DNA of 64,000 bases from Candidatus Nezhaarchaeales archaeon (GTDB lineage: Archaea; Thermoproteota; Methanomethylicia; Nezhaarchaeales; WYZ-LMO8), in assembly GCA_038887515.1 (NCBI GenBank), contig JAWAKK010000001.1, forward strand, positions 480,001-544,000, in the 5' to 3' direction. Within the stretch, counting starts at the first letter, position 1. Each line of letters begins with the position of its first letter. The translations under genes and the position numbers were made by a program. A model generated the notes under the pieces. That model was not told the origin of the DNA and made no database searches. It was given only the letters and a program-made list of their open reading frames with translations. Shown here one piece after another: positions 11,761 to 22,110 of this stretch.

Positions 11761-12743
11761 GTAACTCTATATTGGAACTACAGGAAATAAGGACTTATTT
11801 TTACGTTAGAAAAGGACTATTTAAGACATTAACCGTGAAGGCAGTTGACGGAGTATCTATCAACATAAGTAAGGGAGAAACTGTTGCTATAGTAGGTGAG
11901 TCAGGAAGTGGAAAATCAACTCTCGGCAGAACTGCACTTAAGCTCGTTAAACCTGTTTCTGGCAGAATTATTTTTGAAGGTAAAGACATAACTCATCTTT
12001 CTGGGGACTTAAAATGGTTTAGAAGAAGAGCACAAATGATATTTCAAGACCCTTACACTTCATTGAACCCATTCATGAGCATCAAGCAAATAATAGAAGA
12101 ACCGCTAATGGTACATGGATTCGACGAAGGGGAAAGAGAAAAGAGAGTAATTAAAGCTCTTGAAGACGTGCGCTTGCTACCTCCTGAAGAGTTTCTATCA
12201 AAGTACCCACACATGCTGTCTGGTGGTCAGAGGCAGAGAGTTGGCATAGCAAGGTGTCTAGTACTTGAACCTGTCTTCATCGTCGCCGATGAGCCCGTCT
12301 CTATGATCGATGCATCTAGCAGAGTAGAAATACTTCTCTTAATGCGCTCTTTACAGAGAAAGTACGGTATTGGCATAATGTACATTACGCATGATATAGC
12401 CACGGCAAAGTACTTTTCAGATAGGATAGCAACCATGTATGCTGGGAAAATTGTCGAATTGGGCTCTTCCCAAAAAATCCTGAAGAATCCACTTCATCCA
12501 TACACAATGGCTTTAATAGATGCCGTTCCGGACCCAGATCCTCAGAATAGATTTAGACTTAGAAGAGTTGTGGCAGGTGAACCGCCAAATCCTATAAACC
12601 CACCACCCGGTTGTAGATTCCATCCGAGATGCCCATACTCCGATGGAAAAAGATGCGCCAGAGAAGAGCCAGAGATGATAGAGATTGAAGGAGATAGAAA
12701 AGTCGCTTGTCACTATGTAGAGAAGTTTATTAAGGGGATATGA
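11757..12743 (+). CDS. ABC peptide transporter ATPase (DppF/OppF family)
   Basis: GESGSGKST, LSGGQRQR, DEPVSMID, GCRFHPRCP. Confidence 0.95.
   Translation: MSNSILELQEIRTYFYVRKGLFKTLTVKAVDGVSINISKGETVAIVGESGSGKSTLGRTALKLVKPVSGRIIFEGKDITHLSGDLKWFRRRAQMIFQDPYTSLNPFMSIKQIIEEPLMVHGFDEGEREKRVIKALEDVRLLPPEEFLSKYPHMLSGGQRQRVGIARCLVLEPVFIVADEPVSMIDASSRVEILLLMRSLQRKYGIGIMYITHDIATAKYFSDRIATMYAGKIVELGSSQKILKNPLHPYTMALIDAVPDPDPQNRFRLRRVVAGEPPNPINPPPGCRFHPRCPYSDGKRCAREEPEMIEIEGDRKVACHYVEKFIKGI
12593..12686 (+). repeat. 94-bp exact direct repeat, copy 2 (3' end of DppF-like gene)
   Basis: Identical to 11616-11709. Confidence 0.9.
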
Positions 12744-12932
12744 AAGCGAGAAGTTAATCGATAAAAATACAATAAAATTAGGTTTTTACAAAGTAATGAC
12801 GTTTCTTAAATTGATACGTTAGAATGCCTAGATTCAGCTTAAAAACTATGAAAGCTTAGGGAAATGCTTATGTTAATGAAGTCGACTTTATGAATGCGTA
12901 TTGCGTATTAAAAACCCTTAAAGGGGTATTGT

Positions 12933-13315
12933 ATGAGGAGGGGAAAGAACAACGATCTTAGAGACTTGTTTGAAGCGATTAAAGAGTTAAAGCATTTACT
13001 TTCATCTGACGGACTAATTGATTTACACCATGATGAAGTGAAGGAAGGCTTTATAGACTCAAGCTCAATAGACAAATTCGGCTTACACATTGTAGGAGAT
13101 ATAATTGTCGGAACCGCCTTAGGATTTGGGGGCTCACGTTAATAATTCTTGCTCCTGAAAGAAGCATGACTGACTATACCGAAGGTATATCTTCCTTGTT
13201 AAGAGCTCTCAGAAAGAAATATAGGGTCTTTGACCGTCAAGAATTTATGGTGAAGAAGCCTACGGTGGAAGCTTATGGCAAAGATTCTATTAGCGATACC
13301 GCCTGGCTGCGATAA
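12933..13315 (+). pseudogene. Small hypothetical membrane protein, probably frameshifted at G5 13128-13132; paralogue of 32234..32584
   Basis: Adding one G extends ...GTALGFGG into LTLIILAPERSMTDYTEGISSLLRALRKKY (stop 13313-13315), which aligns with YLEGAFEALRELRRF of the 32234 ORF. Confidence 0.5.
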
Positions 13316-14672
13316 ACTCGAAATATATCAAGTCGCAGGGATTAGGGCCCCTCCTTTGGGGTTGGCGTGGATAGCGAGCGTACTTGAAAGATATGGCCAT
13401 GACGTTAAAATTGTCGATTCTCCAACGTTAGGTCTCTCACTTACAGACTTTATTAAAATTGTTGGTTCATGGTGTCCAGATATAGTTGGTTTGAGCTCTT
13501 TAACTCCAACTATTAAGCTTGCATACAAAACAGCGAAAGCGGTCAAGACGTTGAATAGGGACATTAAGATAGCGATGGGAGGAGTGCATACGACGTTCAT
13601 GTGGCGCGAAGTACTTAGCGAGTGCCCGTACGTAGACTTTGTTGTGTTGGGCGAAGGTGAAGGGTCTATGCCCCAGCTTGTCGACGCCCTAGAGAAGGGG
13701 GTCAAGCCGCGTAATGTGCCCGGTATAGCTATGAGGAATGAGAATGGGGAACCTGTATGTACTGGCCCTTGGAAGCTTGTAGACTTAGAAGACTTACCTC
13801 CACCGGCAAGACACCTCTTGCCGATGGATAAGTATACAGCCCTCGGTAAGCCAGTAAATATAGTCCACGTAATGGCTAGTAGGGGCTGCCCCTATGGATG
13901 TATATTCTGCGCCACCAGCTATTACTTTGGCAGGAGAGTTAGATTTAGAAGAGTTGAAAGTGTCCTTAACGAGATCGTCGATTGTATTGATAAATATAAG
14001 ACCAAGACCTTCGTGTTCACGGACGACGAGTTCACAATAAGTAAGAGGTGGATAGAAAGCTTCATAAGAGGGCTAAAGGAAATGGGGGTAGATATACAGT
14101 GGACATGTGGAGCAAGGGTCGATAGCGTTGACGAGAAACTTCTAGCGAAAATGTATTCCAGCGGTTGTCAAACAATATACTTCGGTGTTGAATCTGGTTC
14201 TCAGAGAACTATAGATAAGATAGGAAAGAGGATAAGCTTAAGTCAAGTTAAGAGAGTCTTCGAGACGGTTAAGAGGATAGGGGGGTCTGCTGTCGCTACG
14301 TTCATCTTTGGCTTTCCTTGGGAGACTGTAAGTGACATGAAGCAAACCATGAAGTTCGCGATGGATTTAGATCCAGATTACGCACAATTCACATATGCTA
14401 CGCCTTATCCTGGTACTCCGCTATTCAATATAGCTAAAAGGTTCAATCTCATAGTAGACCACGATTGGAGTCACTTTACTACTGTAAGGCCAGTTATGAG
14501 GGGCTTTTACTTCACTATAAGGGATGTTGAAGCAGTGTTTAAAGAGGCTTATTTAAAGTTCTATACAAGGCTCAAGTTCTTGGCGAGACAAATTAAAATG
14601 GGACTCTTCAGGGATTTCATTAAAGTCATACTCAACAACGTAATAATACCTGGACTTAGAAACTGGCTTTAA
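13275..14672 (+). CDS. Cobalamin-binding (class B) radical SAM protein
   Basis: PPLGLAWIAS, GGVH, SRGCPYGCIFC, GVESGS, TPYPGT. Confidence 0.9.
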   Translation: MAKILLAIPPGCDKLEIYQVAGIRAPPLGLAWIASVLERYGHDVKIVDSPTLGLSLTDFIKIVGSWCPDIVGLSSLTPTIKLAYKTAKAVKTLNRDIKIAMGGVHTTFMWREVLSECPYVDFVVLGEGEGSMPQLVDALEKGVKPRNVPGIAMRNENGEPVCTGPWKLVDLEDLPPPARHLLPMDKYTALGKPVNIVHVMASRGCPYGCIFCATSYYFGRRVRFRRVESVLNEIVDCIDKYKTKTFVFTDDEFTISKRWIESFIRGLKEMGVDIQWTCGARVDSVDEKLLAKMYSSGCQTIYFGVESGSQRTIDKIGKRISLSQVKRVFETVKRIGGSAVATFIFGFPWETVSDMKQTMKFAMDLDPDYAQFTYATPYPGTPLFNIAKRFNLIVDHDWSHFTTVRPVMRGFYFTIRDVEAVFKEAYLKFYTRLKFLARQIKMGLFRDFIKVILNNVIIPGLRNWL

Positions 14673-14705
14673 TACTGTAACTAAGTGATTCTAAAGTTGA
14701 ATTGA

Positions 14706-14773
14706 GGAGCCATCAGATGACTCTCTACTCATCACGTTAAAATCCGCTCATTGAAGTTATCATCATCAGCTCC
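14706..14773 (-). ncRNA. Box C/D 2'-O-methylation guide sRNA
   Basis: Minus strand: GGAGC-ug-AUGAUGA(C)-UAACUUCAAUGAG-CGGA(D')-UUUUAAC-GUGAUGA(C')-GUAGAGAGUCAU-CUGA(D)-ug-GCUCC. Terminal stem and 12-13 nt guides. Confidence 0.85.
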
Positions 14774-15051
14774 ACATCTAAGACGTTCACGCATGAGGGG
14801 CTTTAAAGCTTTTCAGTAAAATAAGGTACTGCATTTATAAGGGTTAATTAATTATCGACTACGTGCCACCCTTGCTAATTCTCCTAGCAGGCCATGAACC
14901 TTATAACAAGGCTAGCTTCTCAAAGATTTGTATAGCGAGTATAAAGTAAGAATTTTACAAAGGGGGCAAGAGCAAAACAACTCTAGACTTATATAGCTTT
15001 TCGAATTCACTCTAAGAGGTCGCCTATTAACAGTAGTGGGCGAGTGGTTGG

Positions 15052-16308
15052 GTGAATAGAGTGAAATCTTTAACTGAGAAGATACTAAGTAGAGCTTCTA
15101 AGAAGGTCGTTACGCCAGGAGACGTAATTGAAGTCGACGTCGACGTGGTAGCTTTCCACGACCTTACAGGATACCACGTGATAGAAGTTGTAGAGAAGGT
15201 CGGAGCAAAGAAACTAGATAAGCTTAATGGACTTGTCGTAGCATTCGACCATTTAGTGCCGCCACCTGACGCGAGAAGTGCCGAAATTCAGCAAGTAATC
15301 AGGAGATTCGTAAGAGAATTTAAAGTTCCCAACTTCCACGATGTGGGTTATGGAATCCTCCACCAAGTCCTCGTGGAAAGGTACGTTTTGCCCGGTCAAG
15401 TTGTAGTTGCAGCTGACAGCCACACCTCCACTTCAGGCGCCCTCGGAGCTTTTGCTCAAGGTATGGGGGCAAGCGATGTAGCTGCAGCATTAATAACTGG
15501 GAAGACGTGGTTAACAGTTCCGCAGCCCTTCAAGCTGATCTTAGAAGGCAAGCCAAGACAATGGATAACGGGTAAAGAAGTATCATTGAAGCTACTTGAA
15601 GAGTTTAAGGCGGACTACTTTGGTGGCATGTCGATAGAGACCTTCGTGAACGATCCTAAAGCGTTTCCAATGGATTATAGGTTAACGCTTGCAAACATGG
15701 GCATAGAGATGAATGCTGACGCCATAGTGTTCGTTCCAGACGACGTAACTGTAAGTTACTTAGAGACCACTAGGGGCATTAGAGTTTCAAACGCCGAGAA
15801 GCCAGATAGGGGCGCTGAGTACGTTGACGAGTACGTCCTTCAACTGGACGAGGTAGATTTCCTTGTATCAGCTCCCAGCAGTGTCGACAACGTTAAAAGC
15901 GTTAGAGAGCTCGCGGGCGTTGAAGTAGACTTAGTTTTCATAGGATCCTGTACTAACGGTCGTCTTAGCGACATAGAGATAGTAGCCAAGTTATTGAGGG
16001 GTAAGAAGGTGAGGACAAGATGTATAGTCATACCAGCTTCTTGGAGCGTCTTTAAGAGCGCATTAAAGCTAGGGTACATTCAGACGCTCGTAGAATCCGG
16101 CTGTATAGTTACCTATGGTACGTGCGGGCCGTGCATAGGAGGACACTTCGGGGTAGCTGGGCCCAATGAAGTTGTTGTGTCTACGTCAAATAGAAACTTC
16201 GTCGGAAGAATGGGTAGCCCACAGTCAAAGATTTATCTGTCAGGGCCAGCTGTAGCTGCAGCTACAGCAGTATTGGGCAGGATAGCTGATCCGAGTGATG
16301 TCTTATGA
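15052..16308 (+). CDS. leuC: 3-isopropylmalate dehydratase/homoaconitase large subunit
   Basis: [44 protein letters not shown]. Confidence 0.9.
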   Translation: MNRVKSLTEKILSRASKKVVTPGDVIEVDVDVVAFHDLTGYHVIEVVEKVGAKKLDKLNGLVVAFDHLVPPPDARSAEIQQVIRRFVREFKVPNFHDVGYGILHQVLVERYVLPGQVVVAADSHTSTSGALGAFAQGMGASDVAAALITGKTWLTVPQPFKLILEGKPRQWITGKEVSLKLLEEFKADYFGGMSIETFVNDPKAFPMDYRLTLANMGIEMNADAIVFVPDDVTVSYLETTRGIRVSNAEKPDRGAEYVDEYVLQLDEVDFLVSAPSSVDNVKSVRELAGVEVDLVFIGSCTNGRLSDIEIVAKLLRGKKVRTRCIVIPASWSVFKSALKLGYIQTLVESGCIVTYGTCGPCIGGHFGVAGPNEVVVSTSNRNFVGRMGSPQSKIYLSGPAVAAATAVLGRIADPSDVL

Positions 16309-16793
16309 TAGTCGAGGGCAAAGTAATCAAATTAGGAGACAAAATAGATACCGACGTGATAATACCGGCTAAACACCTAAAATATACGGATCCCCAATAC
16401 TTGGCTCAGCACGTCTTCGAACCCATAGACCCTGAATTCTACAAGAAAGCTCAAGGAGCAATAATTGTTGCTGGAAAGGTTTTTGGGATGGGCTCATCAA
16501 GGGAGCAAGCGGCCATAGCCATAAAGGCCGCAGGAGTAAAAGCCGTCGTAGCGGAGTCTTTTGCTAGAATTTTCTATAGAAACGCCATAAATAACGGTCT
16601 GCCAGCGATAGTGTGCCCAAATATAACTAGAGAAGTAAATGATGGAGATGTAATCTCAGTAAATATAGAAACAGGAGAAGTACGTGCAGGATGCAGAGTC
16701 ATTAAAGGTAAGGGAATAAGTGGAATGGCACTAGAAATACTAAAAGCTGGAGGGCTCATAGAGTTTTTGAAGAAATTTCAGCTGGAGCAATAA
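16305..16793 (+). CDS. leuD: 3-isopropylmalate dehydratase/homoaconitase small subunit
   Basis: [34 protein letters not shown]. Confidence 0.9.
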   Translation: MIVEGKVIKLGDKIDTDVIIPAKHLKYTDPQYLAQHVFEPIDPEFYKKAQGAIIVAGKVFGMGSSREQAAIAIKAAGVKAVVAESFARIFYRNAINNGLPAIVCPNITREVNDGDVISVNIETGEVRAGCRVIKGKGISGMALEILKAGGLIEFLKKFQLEQ

Positions 16794-17006
16794 ATTCTCT
16801 AACACATTTTTATTTCCATCGTAATTGATCTTAAAGCAAGATTCAATTTACAGCTTTCCACGTTTATACATCGGATAAAAACCAGCTAAGTTTACGCTGA
16901 ACCTAATATTAAGTGGCTTTATTGTCCATACCCCCATCGAACTCATTATACAATTTTAAATACCTGCTATTTCAATGGTCTCAGAACTTTGAGGTGTGAA
17001 TGAACG

Positions 17007-18272
17007 TTGTCGGGAATCGTCAATTCGCTGGTCGCGTTGTTCCTATCGTTAGGATTTCTTGGAATAATGTTATTTAAGCGCGCGAAGCTCGGAATATCAC
17101 TCAATGTTACAGCTATTCTTTTAGCGATTCTTTCAATGGATCTACGTGAAGTTCCAAAGGTCTTGTACTCTAGCGTCAATCCGATAACAATTGAAGGCCA
17201 GCTCGCTTTAACAATGGTCTTCACAGCATTTGGAATTATGCTACTTAGCCAATTATACAGAGAAACTGGAACTATGGACGAGTTAAATAGGACCCTTGAG
17301 AGGATAATTAATAACCCAAAGGCAATTTTAAGTATAATCCCCGCCATAATAGGGCTCCTACCAGTTGCCGGTGGGGCTCTGATATCAGCCCCTGTAGTTG
17401 ATGCTGAAGGTAGTAAGCTGAAGCTCTCGAAACCTAGGAAGGTTTACGTAAACATATGGTTTAGACATATAATACTTTTAGCGTATCCGCTGTCGCCCAT
17501 GTTCGTAATCACGATAGCCCTAACAAGAATAACTTCTACGACATTAATCTTAATGGTCCTACCAATTATGGTCTTTATGGCTATCATAGGTTACGTAGTA
17601 AGTTTTAACAATGCGAATATCGAGAAGCTTAACGCATTTAACAATACAGCTGTGGGCAACAAAATTTTAGATTTAAAGAGGTTCTTGAAGTCGTCCTCAC
17701 CGATAATGGTATCGATAGTCGGAGCTATTGGGCTCGGCCTTTTTAATAGCGAGCTCGCCAAACGTGGAATAGACGTCTTAATAGCAACTATTATGGGTTT
17801 AATCACGTTGAGTACTGTATCCAAAATGTCTTCAAAAGAGCTCATAAACTCTCTAAAAAGCCCAATCGTATACGACATAACACTTGCAACTTATGGAGCA
17901 CTCTTATTGAGAAGCGTAATAAACGCTTCAGAGATTCCAGAGATTTTAAATAACCTAATCCCGAGGGGGAATTTAAGCCTCCTCTTAGCGATAGCTATAC
18001 CAATGTTATGCGGCTTCTTTTCGGGTTCAGCTGCAGGTGGCTTCGCTATAAGTATTTCAGTTCTCGGAGGGCTTATGAACATAGCTCCAAAGGATATCGC
18101 ATTGCTTTACATGACGTCATATCTCGGGTACGTAATTTCGCCAGTACATCTCTGCCTAGCGTTTACAATAGATTACTTTAAGGTCTCCATAGGCAAGGCG
18201 TACAAGGAGCTTGTTCCGTCAATCTTTGCGACTCTTATAGCTACAGTCGTTTTTTACGTTCTTTTTCCATGA
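17007..18272 (+). CDS. DUF401-like multi-pass membrane protein
   Basis: IIGLLPVAGGALISAP, NIWFRH, SPVHLCL. Confidence 0.8.
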   Translation: MSGIVNSLVALFLSLGFLGIMLFKRAKLGISLNVTAILLAILSMDLREVPKVLYSSVNPITIEGQLALTMVFTAFGIMLLSQLYRETGTMDELNRTLERIINNPKAILSIIPAIIGLLPVAGGALISAPVVDAEGSKLKLSKPRKVYVNIWFRHIILLAYPLSPMFVITIALTRITSTTLILMVLPIMVFMAIIGYVVSFNNANIEKLNAFNNTAVGNKILDLKRFLKSSSPIMVSIVGAIGLGLFNSELAKRGIDVLIATIMGLITLSTVSKMSSKELINSLKSPIVYDITLATYGALLLRSVINASEIPEILNNLIPRGNLSLLLAIAIPMLCGFFSGSAAGGFAISISVLGGLMNIAPKDIALLYMTSYLGYVISPVHLCLAFTIDYFKVSIGKAYKELVPSIFATLIATVVFYVLFP

Positions 18273-18396
18273 ATTAAAGTACACGATCTAGGTAAACCCA
18301 ATAGATCTAGGGTATTTCATTTCTATAATCGATAAGTCCCGAATTTAAGGAAACTTCTAAAAAGTTAGTTATGGGAAAAAATACTGGTGCAATATT

Positions 18397-19362
18397 ATGA
18401 CCTCCAAATATAAGAGGTTTTTAAAGCGTCTAATCGTAAGCAAGGCTCCTGAAGGACTTTTTCCACCGGAAACAAAAGCCTTTTGGATGGAGTCAAGGGA
18501 CCTTGAAGGCTATCAAGGACACATCGGTATAGCGTATATAGAGAAAGCATGCACTCTACACCCGGTGGATAAGAATAAAACAATTGTCCACCAATATGAC
18601 GAATTGATACTGCTTGTTGGGACTAACCCGGAAGACATGTTAGACTTAGGCGGGGAAGCGACTATAATTATTGGAGAGGAAAGGGAGGAGTACTTGTTTC
18701 AAGAGTCCACGGTAATAGCAATACCTAGAAAAACTCCTCACGGTCCCTTGAAAATCGAAAAACTGGGAAGACCTATGATAAACATAATCTTAAGCAACTC
18801 GCCTAGCTACTCAGCTGACTTCTTAAGCTGTAGCCTACAAACCTCGAAGGGCCTTAAGTACTCTGACCATGTAAAGAGATTATTTACTTCTAAGAGTGCT
18901 TATGAAACTTGGCTTTCTCAAGGCCCAGTAAAAATTGATGAAAGAGGAGTAATGGATCTGAGAAGCGCAAGCCGTCCTGGAGAGTCTTATCAAATAGTTC
19001 AAATGACCCCTGAAGACTTGAAAGGCATAAACATTAGCTTTTCATGGGAGTTCTTTAAGACTACCGGGACTTGGATGTCAACTAGGTACGCCCACGTCCA
19101 CCCCGAACCTGAGTTACTAGCCTTCTTGAGCTTAGATCCGTCAAGGATTGACGACCTCGGAGCTTCAGTAGAGTTCTGGTTTGGATCCGAAAGAGAAGTT
19201 TACGTAATCGATAGACCTACCTTGGTGACGATTCCTAGGCCTTGGATACCTCATACCCCCGTAGTAACTCAAAGAGTAGATAGACCGTTTGCTTTCATGC
19301 TAGTAGTACCCGGAACCTACAGCTTCGCTGGATACGTCGAGACCGGAGATGACGTATACTAA
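18397..19362 (+). CDS. Hypothetical protein with two tandem cupin-like repeats
   Basis: Repeat 1 HQYDELILLVGTNPEDMLDLGGE...IPRKTPHGP. Repeat 2 HVHPEPELLAFLSLDPSRIDDLGAS...IPRPWIPHTP. Confidence 0.7.
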   Translation: MTSKYKRFLKRLIVSKAPEGLFPPETKAFWMESRDLEGYQGHIGIAYIEKACTLHPVDKNKTIVHQYDELILLVGTNPEDMLDLGGEATIIIGEEREEYLFQESTVIAIPRKTPHGPLKIEKLGRPMINIILSNSPSYSADFLSCSLQTSKGLKYSDHVKRLFTSKSAYETWLSQGPVKIDERGVMDLRSASRPGESYQIVQMTPEDLKGINISFSWEFFKTTGTWMSTRYAHVHPEPELLAFLSLDPSRIDDLGASVEFWFGSEREVYVIDRPTLVTIPRPWIPHTPVVTQRVDRPFAFMLVVPGTYSFAGYVETGDDVY

Positions 19363-19453
19363 AGTTGTATCGTAAGTTGAAGTTGGACCAGGGAGCTGAA
19401 TAGAAAAAGACTAACCATGCAGAGACGGCTGGACTCTATACATACGGGTCTTC

Positions 19454-19933
19454 TTAATCCTTCAATTTACCCGGTAAGTAAAACTCCTTTACAAACTTCC
19501 TAGAGAGCTTGCTTTTACCTAGTAGTATGTAGGCTACTGCAACTAGAAGGGGTGTGTGGACCACTATTAAGAGAGCGAGCGAAAACACTTTAATCCATAG
19601 GTCTATGTAGGAGAGAAGAATTATAATGTTGGCTAGTACACCGCCCCCACTTATAGCTATAAGCATTAATGCTACTGCTAGCTTCTCGCTTACTTCTTTT
19701 TTAAGCAATGAAAGAACGTCAAGCGCTAAAGATATAGCCATGACTGCTGAAAACCATGCAAATAGGGAGGCCACAGCATCTGCCTCCAAGAACTTTATAG
19801 TAGAGTATATGGTGAAGGATAGTAAAAGCGTACATTTAAAGAAGGGGAACCTCAATTTACGCCAGCTAAGATAAGCGACTAAATATCCAAAAGCTATTAC
19901 AATGATAACTACGATAAGCGTCAGCTCCGCCAC
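19454..19933 (-). CDS. Hypothetical membrane protein (about 5 TM)
   Basis: Hydrophobic ORF filling the gap, with a TATA-like element upstream. Confidence 0.65.
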   Translation of the reverse strand: MAELTLIVVIIVIAFGYLVAYLSWRKLRFPFFKCTLLLSFTIYSTIKFLEADAVASLFAWFSAVMAISLALDVLSLLKKEVSEKLAVALMLIAISGGGVLANIIILLSYIDLWIKVFSLALLIVVHTPLLVAVAYILLGKSKLSRKFVKEFYLPGKLKD

Positions 19934-20057
19934 AGGTTCAAAAGACTTCTGCGATTCGGATAAATATATTTTCCCTTGACGTATTAAATTAACTAATCAA
20001 GACCCTAAACTTGAAACTTTAAAAGAAAAAGGTCTTTGTAGAAAGATTAGTCGAGTA

Positions 20058-20909
20058 ATGGTTAGAGTTGCAATATTTAGGGGTTCAAACCCAGTTGAGG
20101 TGGTCATCAAAGCTATAGAGTCGATAGAGGGCGACGTAAAGACCTTAATACTTAGTGGGAGGCCCATTCTCATAAAGCCAAACTATATAACTGCTGATCA
20201 CCCATCAACAGGAGTGACGACCGATGCTAGAGTAATAGAGGGAGTAATCAAGTTCCTTAAAGAGAGGGGGGTAAATGACATAGTTATAGGTGAAGGCAGC
20301 GGGTTCGTAGACACTTTTGAAGCATTCAGAGTTGCAGGTGTAGATAAGTTAGCTGAGAAGTGGAATGTTAAACTGGCTGATCTTAACAAAGACGAGTTCA
20401 TAGAAGTATACCCTCCAAATCCCTTCGCCTTAAAGAAAGTTAAGGTAGCTAGGACAGCTCTAGAGAGAGCTATAATTAGCGTTCCTAAGTTGAAGGTTCA
20501 TAGACTTGCCACAGTCACTTTAGGCTTAAAGAACATGATGGGGGTTTTGGAGTCGAAGGGAAGTATGCACAATGGTAGGCTCCACGAGAATATAGCCGAC
20601 TTAGTGTCAGTCTTAAAACCAAGCCTAACAGTCATAGATGGAATAATAGCTGGAGAAGTTCATGAAATGAGTAGAAGCCCTGTAGAAATGAATGTAATAG
20701 TAGCCAGCACAGATCCAGTAGCTGCAGACGCAGTGGGATCCATGATAATGGGTATCGATCCAAGGGAAGTCAAGCACCTCGTATTGGCCGAGAAGAAGGG
20801 TCTCGGAACACTTCGCTTAGAAGAAATAGAGATTGTGGGAGAGCCGATAGAGAAAGTTGCGAGAAAGTTTCGTAGATCTCTACTGTCAAAGTTCCTGTCA
20901 TTGTTTTAA
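20058..20909 (+). CDS. DUF362 domain protein
   Basis: ILIKPN, VTTDARV, GEGSG, VPKLKVH, TLGLKNMMG, DPVAAD. Confidence 0.85.
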   Translation: MVRVAIFRGSNPVEVVIKAIESIEGDVKTLILSGRPILIKPNYITADHPSTGVTTDARVIEGVIKFLKERGVNDIVIGEGSGFVDTFEAFRVAGVDKLAEKWNVKLADLNKDEFIEVYPPNPFALKKVKVARTALERAIISVPKLKVHRLATVTLGLKNMMGVLESKGSMHNGRLHENIADLVSVLKPSLTVIDGIIAGEVHEMSRSPVEMNVIVASTDPVAADAVGSMIMGIDPREVKHLVLAEKKGLGTLRLEEIEIVGEPIEKVARKFRRSLLSKFLSLF

Positions 20910-21237
20910 GATCGTATTAATTCAACTTTAAAACCTTCAAAGGACGCTTAGGACGCAAAAAGAGGAGTTTTTGACGTCAATCATGAAGACGCTAATTCCT
21001 CAAATAGGTGGATTGATCAAAAGCTGTGCATTATAGCTATAGTTCGGCTTAGAATTGATGATCTATGCTGGGATAACTACTGATACCATGGCAGGACAAT
21101 ATTAACTACTTTACTAACTTTATGAAGACCATTTACTTGCTAGTCGGCAATTGTAGATAAGCACCGATTAAACGACTTTCACCGAGAGGGTGTGTTGGAT
21201 ATAAGGACTAGATATATTACTTTGTAGTGCTCAAGGC

Positions 21238-21363
21238 ATGTCTTTTTGTTTTATAGTATTAACTTTAGCACTAATTATAATTATCGTAACAATCTTAATT
21301 CTACCCGTAGAACAACGACTAGATGGCGTACAATACATTAAGAGTTTTAATGGTGTTCAATAA
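21238..21363 (+). CDS. Possible 41-aa single-TM small protein or gene remnant
   Basis: MSFCFIVLTLALIIIIVTILILPVEQRLDGVQYIKSFNGVQ, in a 600-bp gap. Confidence 0.3.
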   Translation: MSFCFIVLTLALIIIIVTILILPVEQRLDGVQYIKSFNGVQ

Positions 21364-21519
21364 AGTTGCTTCACTAAGCCCTTAGTACTTACCTCTACTT
21401 TCCCTGAAGGGGCAACTCGTTGCTAAATAAGCAATCCCAACCCAACATGGATTCATGCAAGAAGAGAATCGAATCAACTTAAATACATTCTAGCCTATAA
21501 ATTCCACTTGTGGCATAGA

Positions 21520-21789
21520 ATGTCTGAGGGAGAATTAAAGGAAGTTGGCATAGTAACTCATTATTACACGAAGATAGGTGTAGCAGTAATTAGTTTAACA
21601 GATACGTTGTCTGTTGGAGATAGGATCCTCATAAAGGGACCAACTACAAACTTTGAGCAGAATGTTGAGTCCATGCAAATAGAACGCAAAAACGTTATCG
21701 CCGCTTATGGCGGGCAAAGCATCGGCTTAAAGGTTATTCAGAAGGTTAGAGAAGGAGACAAAGTTTACAAAATTATCCAGAAGAAGTAA
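21520..21789 (+). CDS. Small beta-barrel protein (translation elongation factor domain II-like / peptidase U32 C-terminal-like)
   Basis: VGIVTHYYTKIGVA...LSVGDRILIKG...VESMQ...KVREGDKVY. Confidence 0.8.
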   Translation: MSEGELKEVGIVTHYYTKIGVAVISLTDTLSVGDRILIKGPTTNFEQNVESMQIERKNVIAAYGGQSIGLKVIQKVREGDKVYKIIQKK

Positions 21790-22110
21790 ATGAATCATAA
21801 TCTCTTTTTTACGTTCTAAACTACGAAATCTTAAGGTAGCTTTAAGCTCCTTTCCACGAAGTACTTCATAAATTGCAGTTAGTGGCGGTAGTAAATTTTA
21901 TTTCGAAACGAGGGCACCTACATCGATTTTTCCTCAATATAAGCTATATAAACTGTGATTAACATCAACAAGTTTAAGGGATTGCTCTTCTAGCGCTTCT
22001 TCGTATCTTAGCTAAAGAAAATTGATGGTTATCTTTGTTATCTCTATCTTAATATTTAAGCTGAACCTCTTAAGGAACATAACTTTTCAATGACTCCTTT
22101 TAAGTGGCTT

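Noticed and set aside
20079-20092. GGGTTCAAACCC, a tRNA T-arm-like motif
   Set aside because: It lies inside the DUF362 CDS, with no acceptor stem, D arm or anticodon arm.
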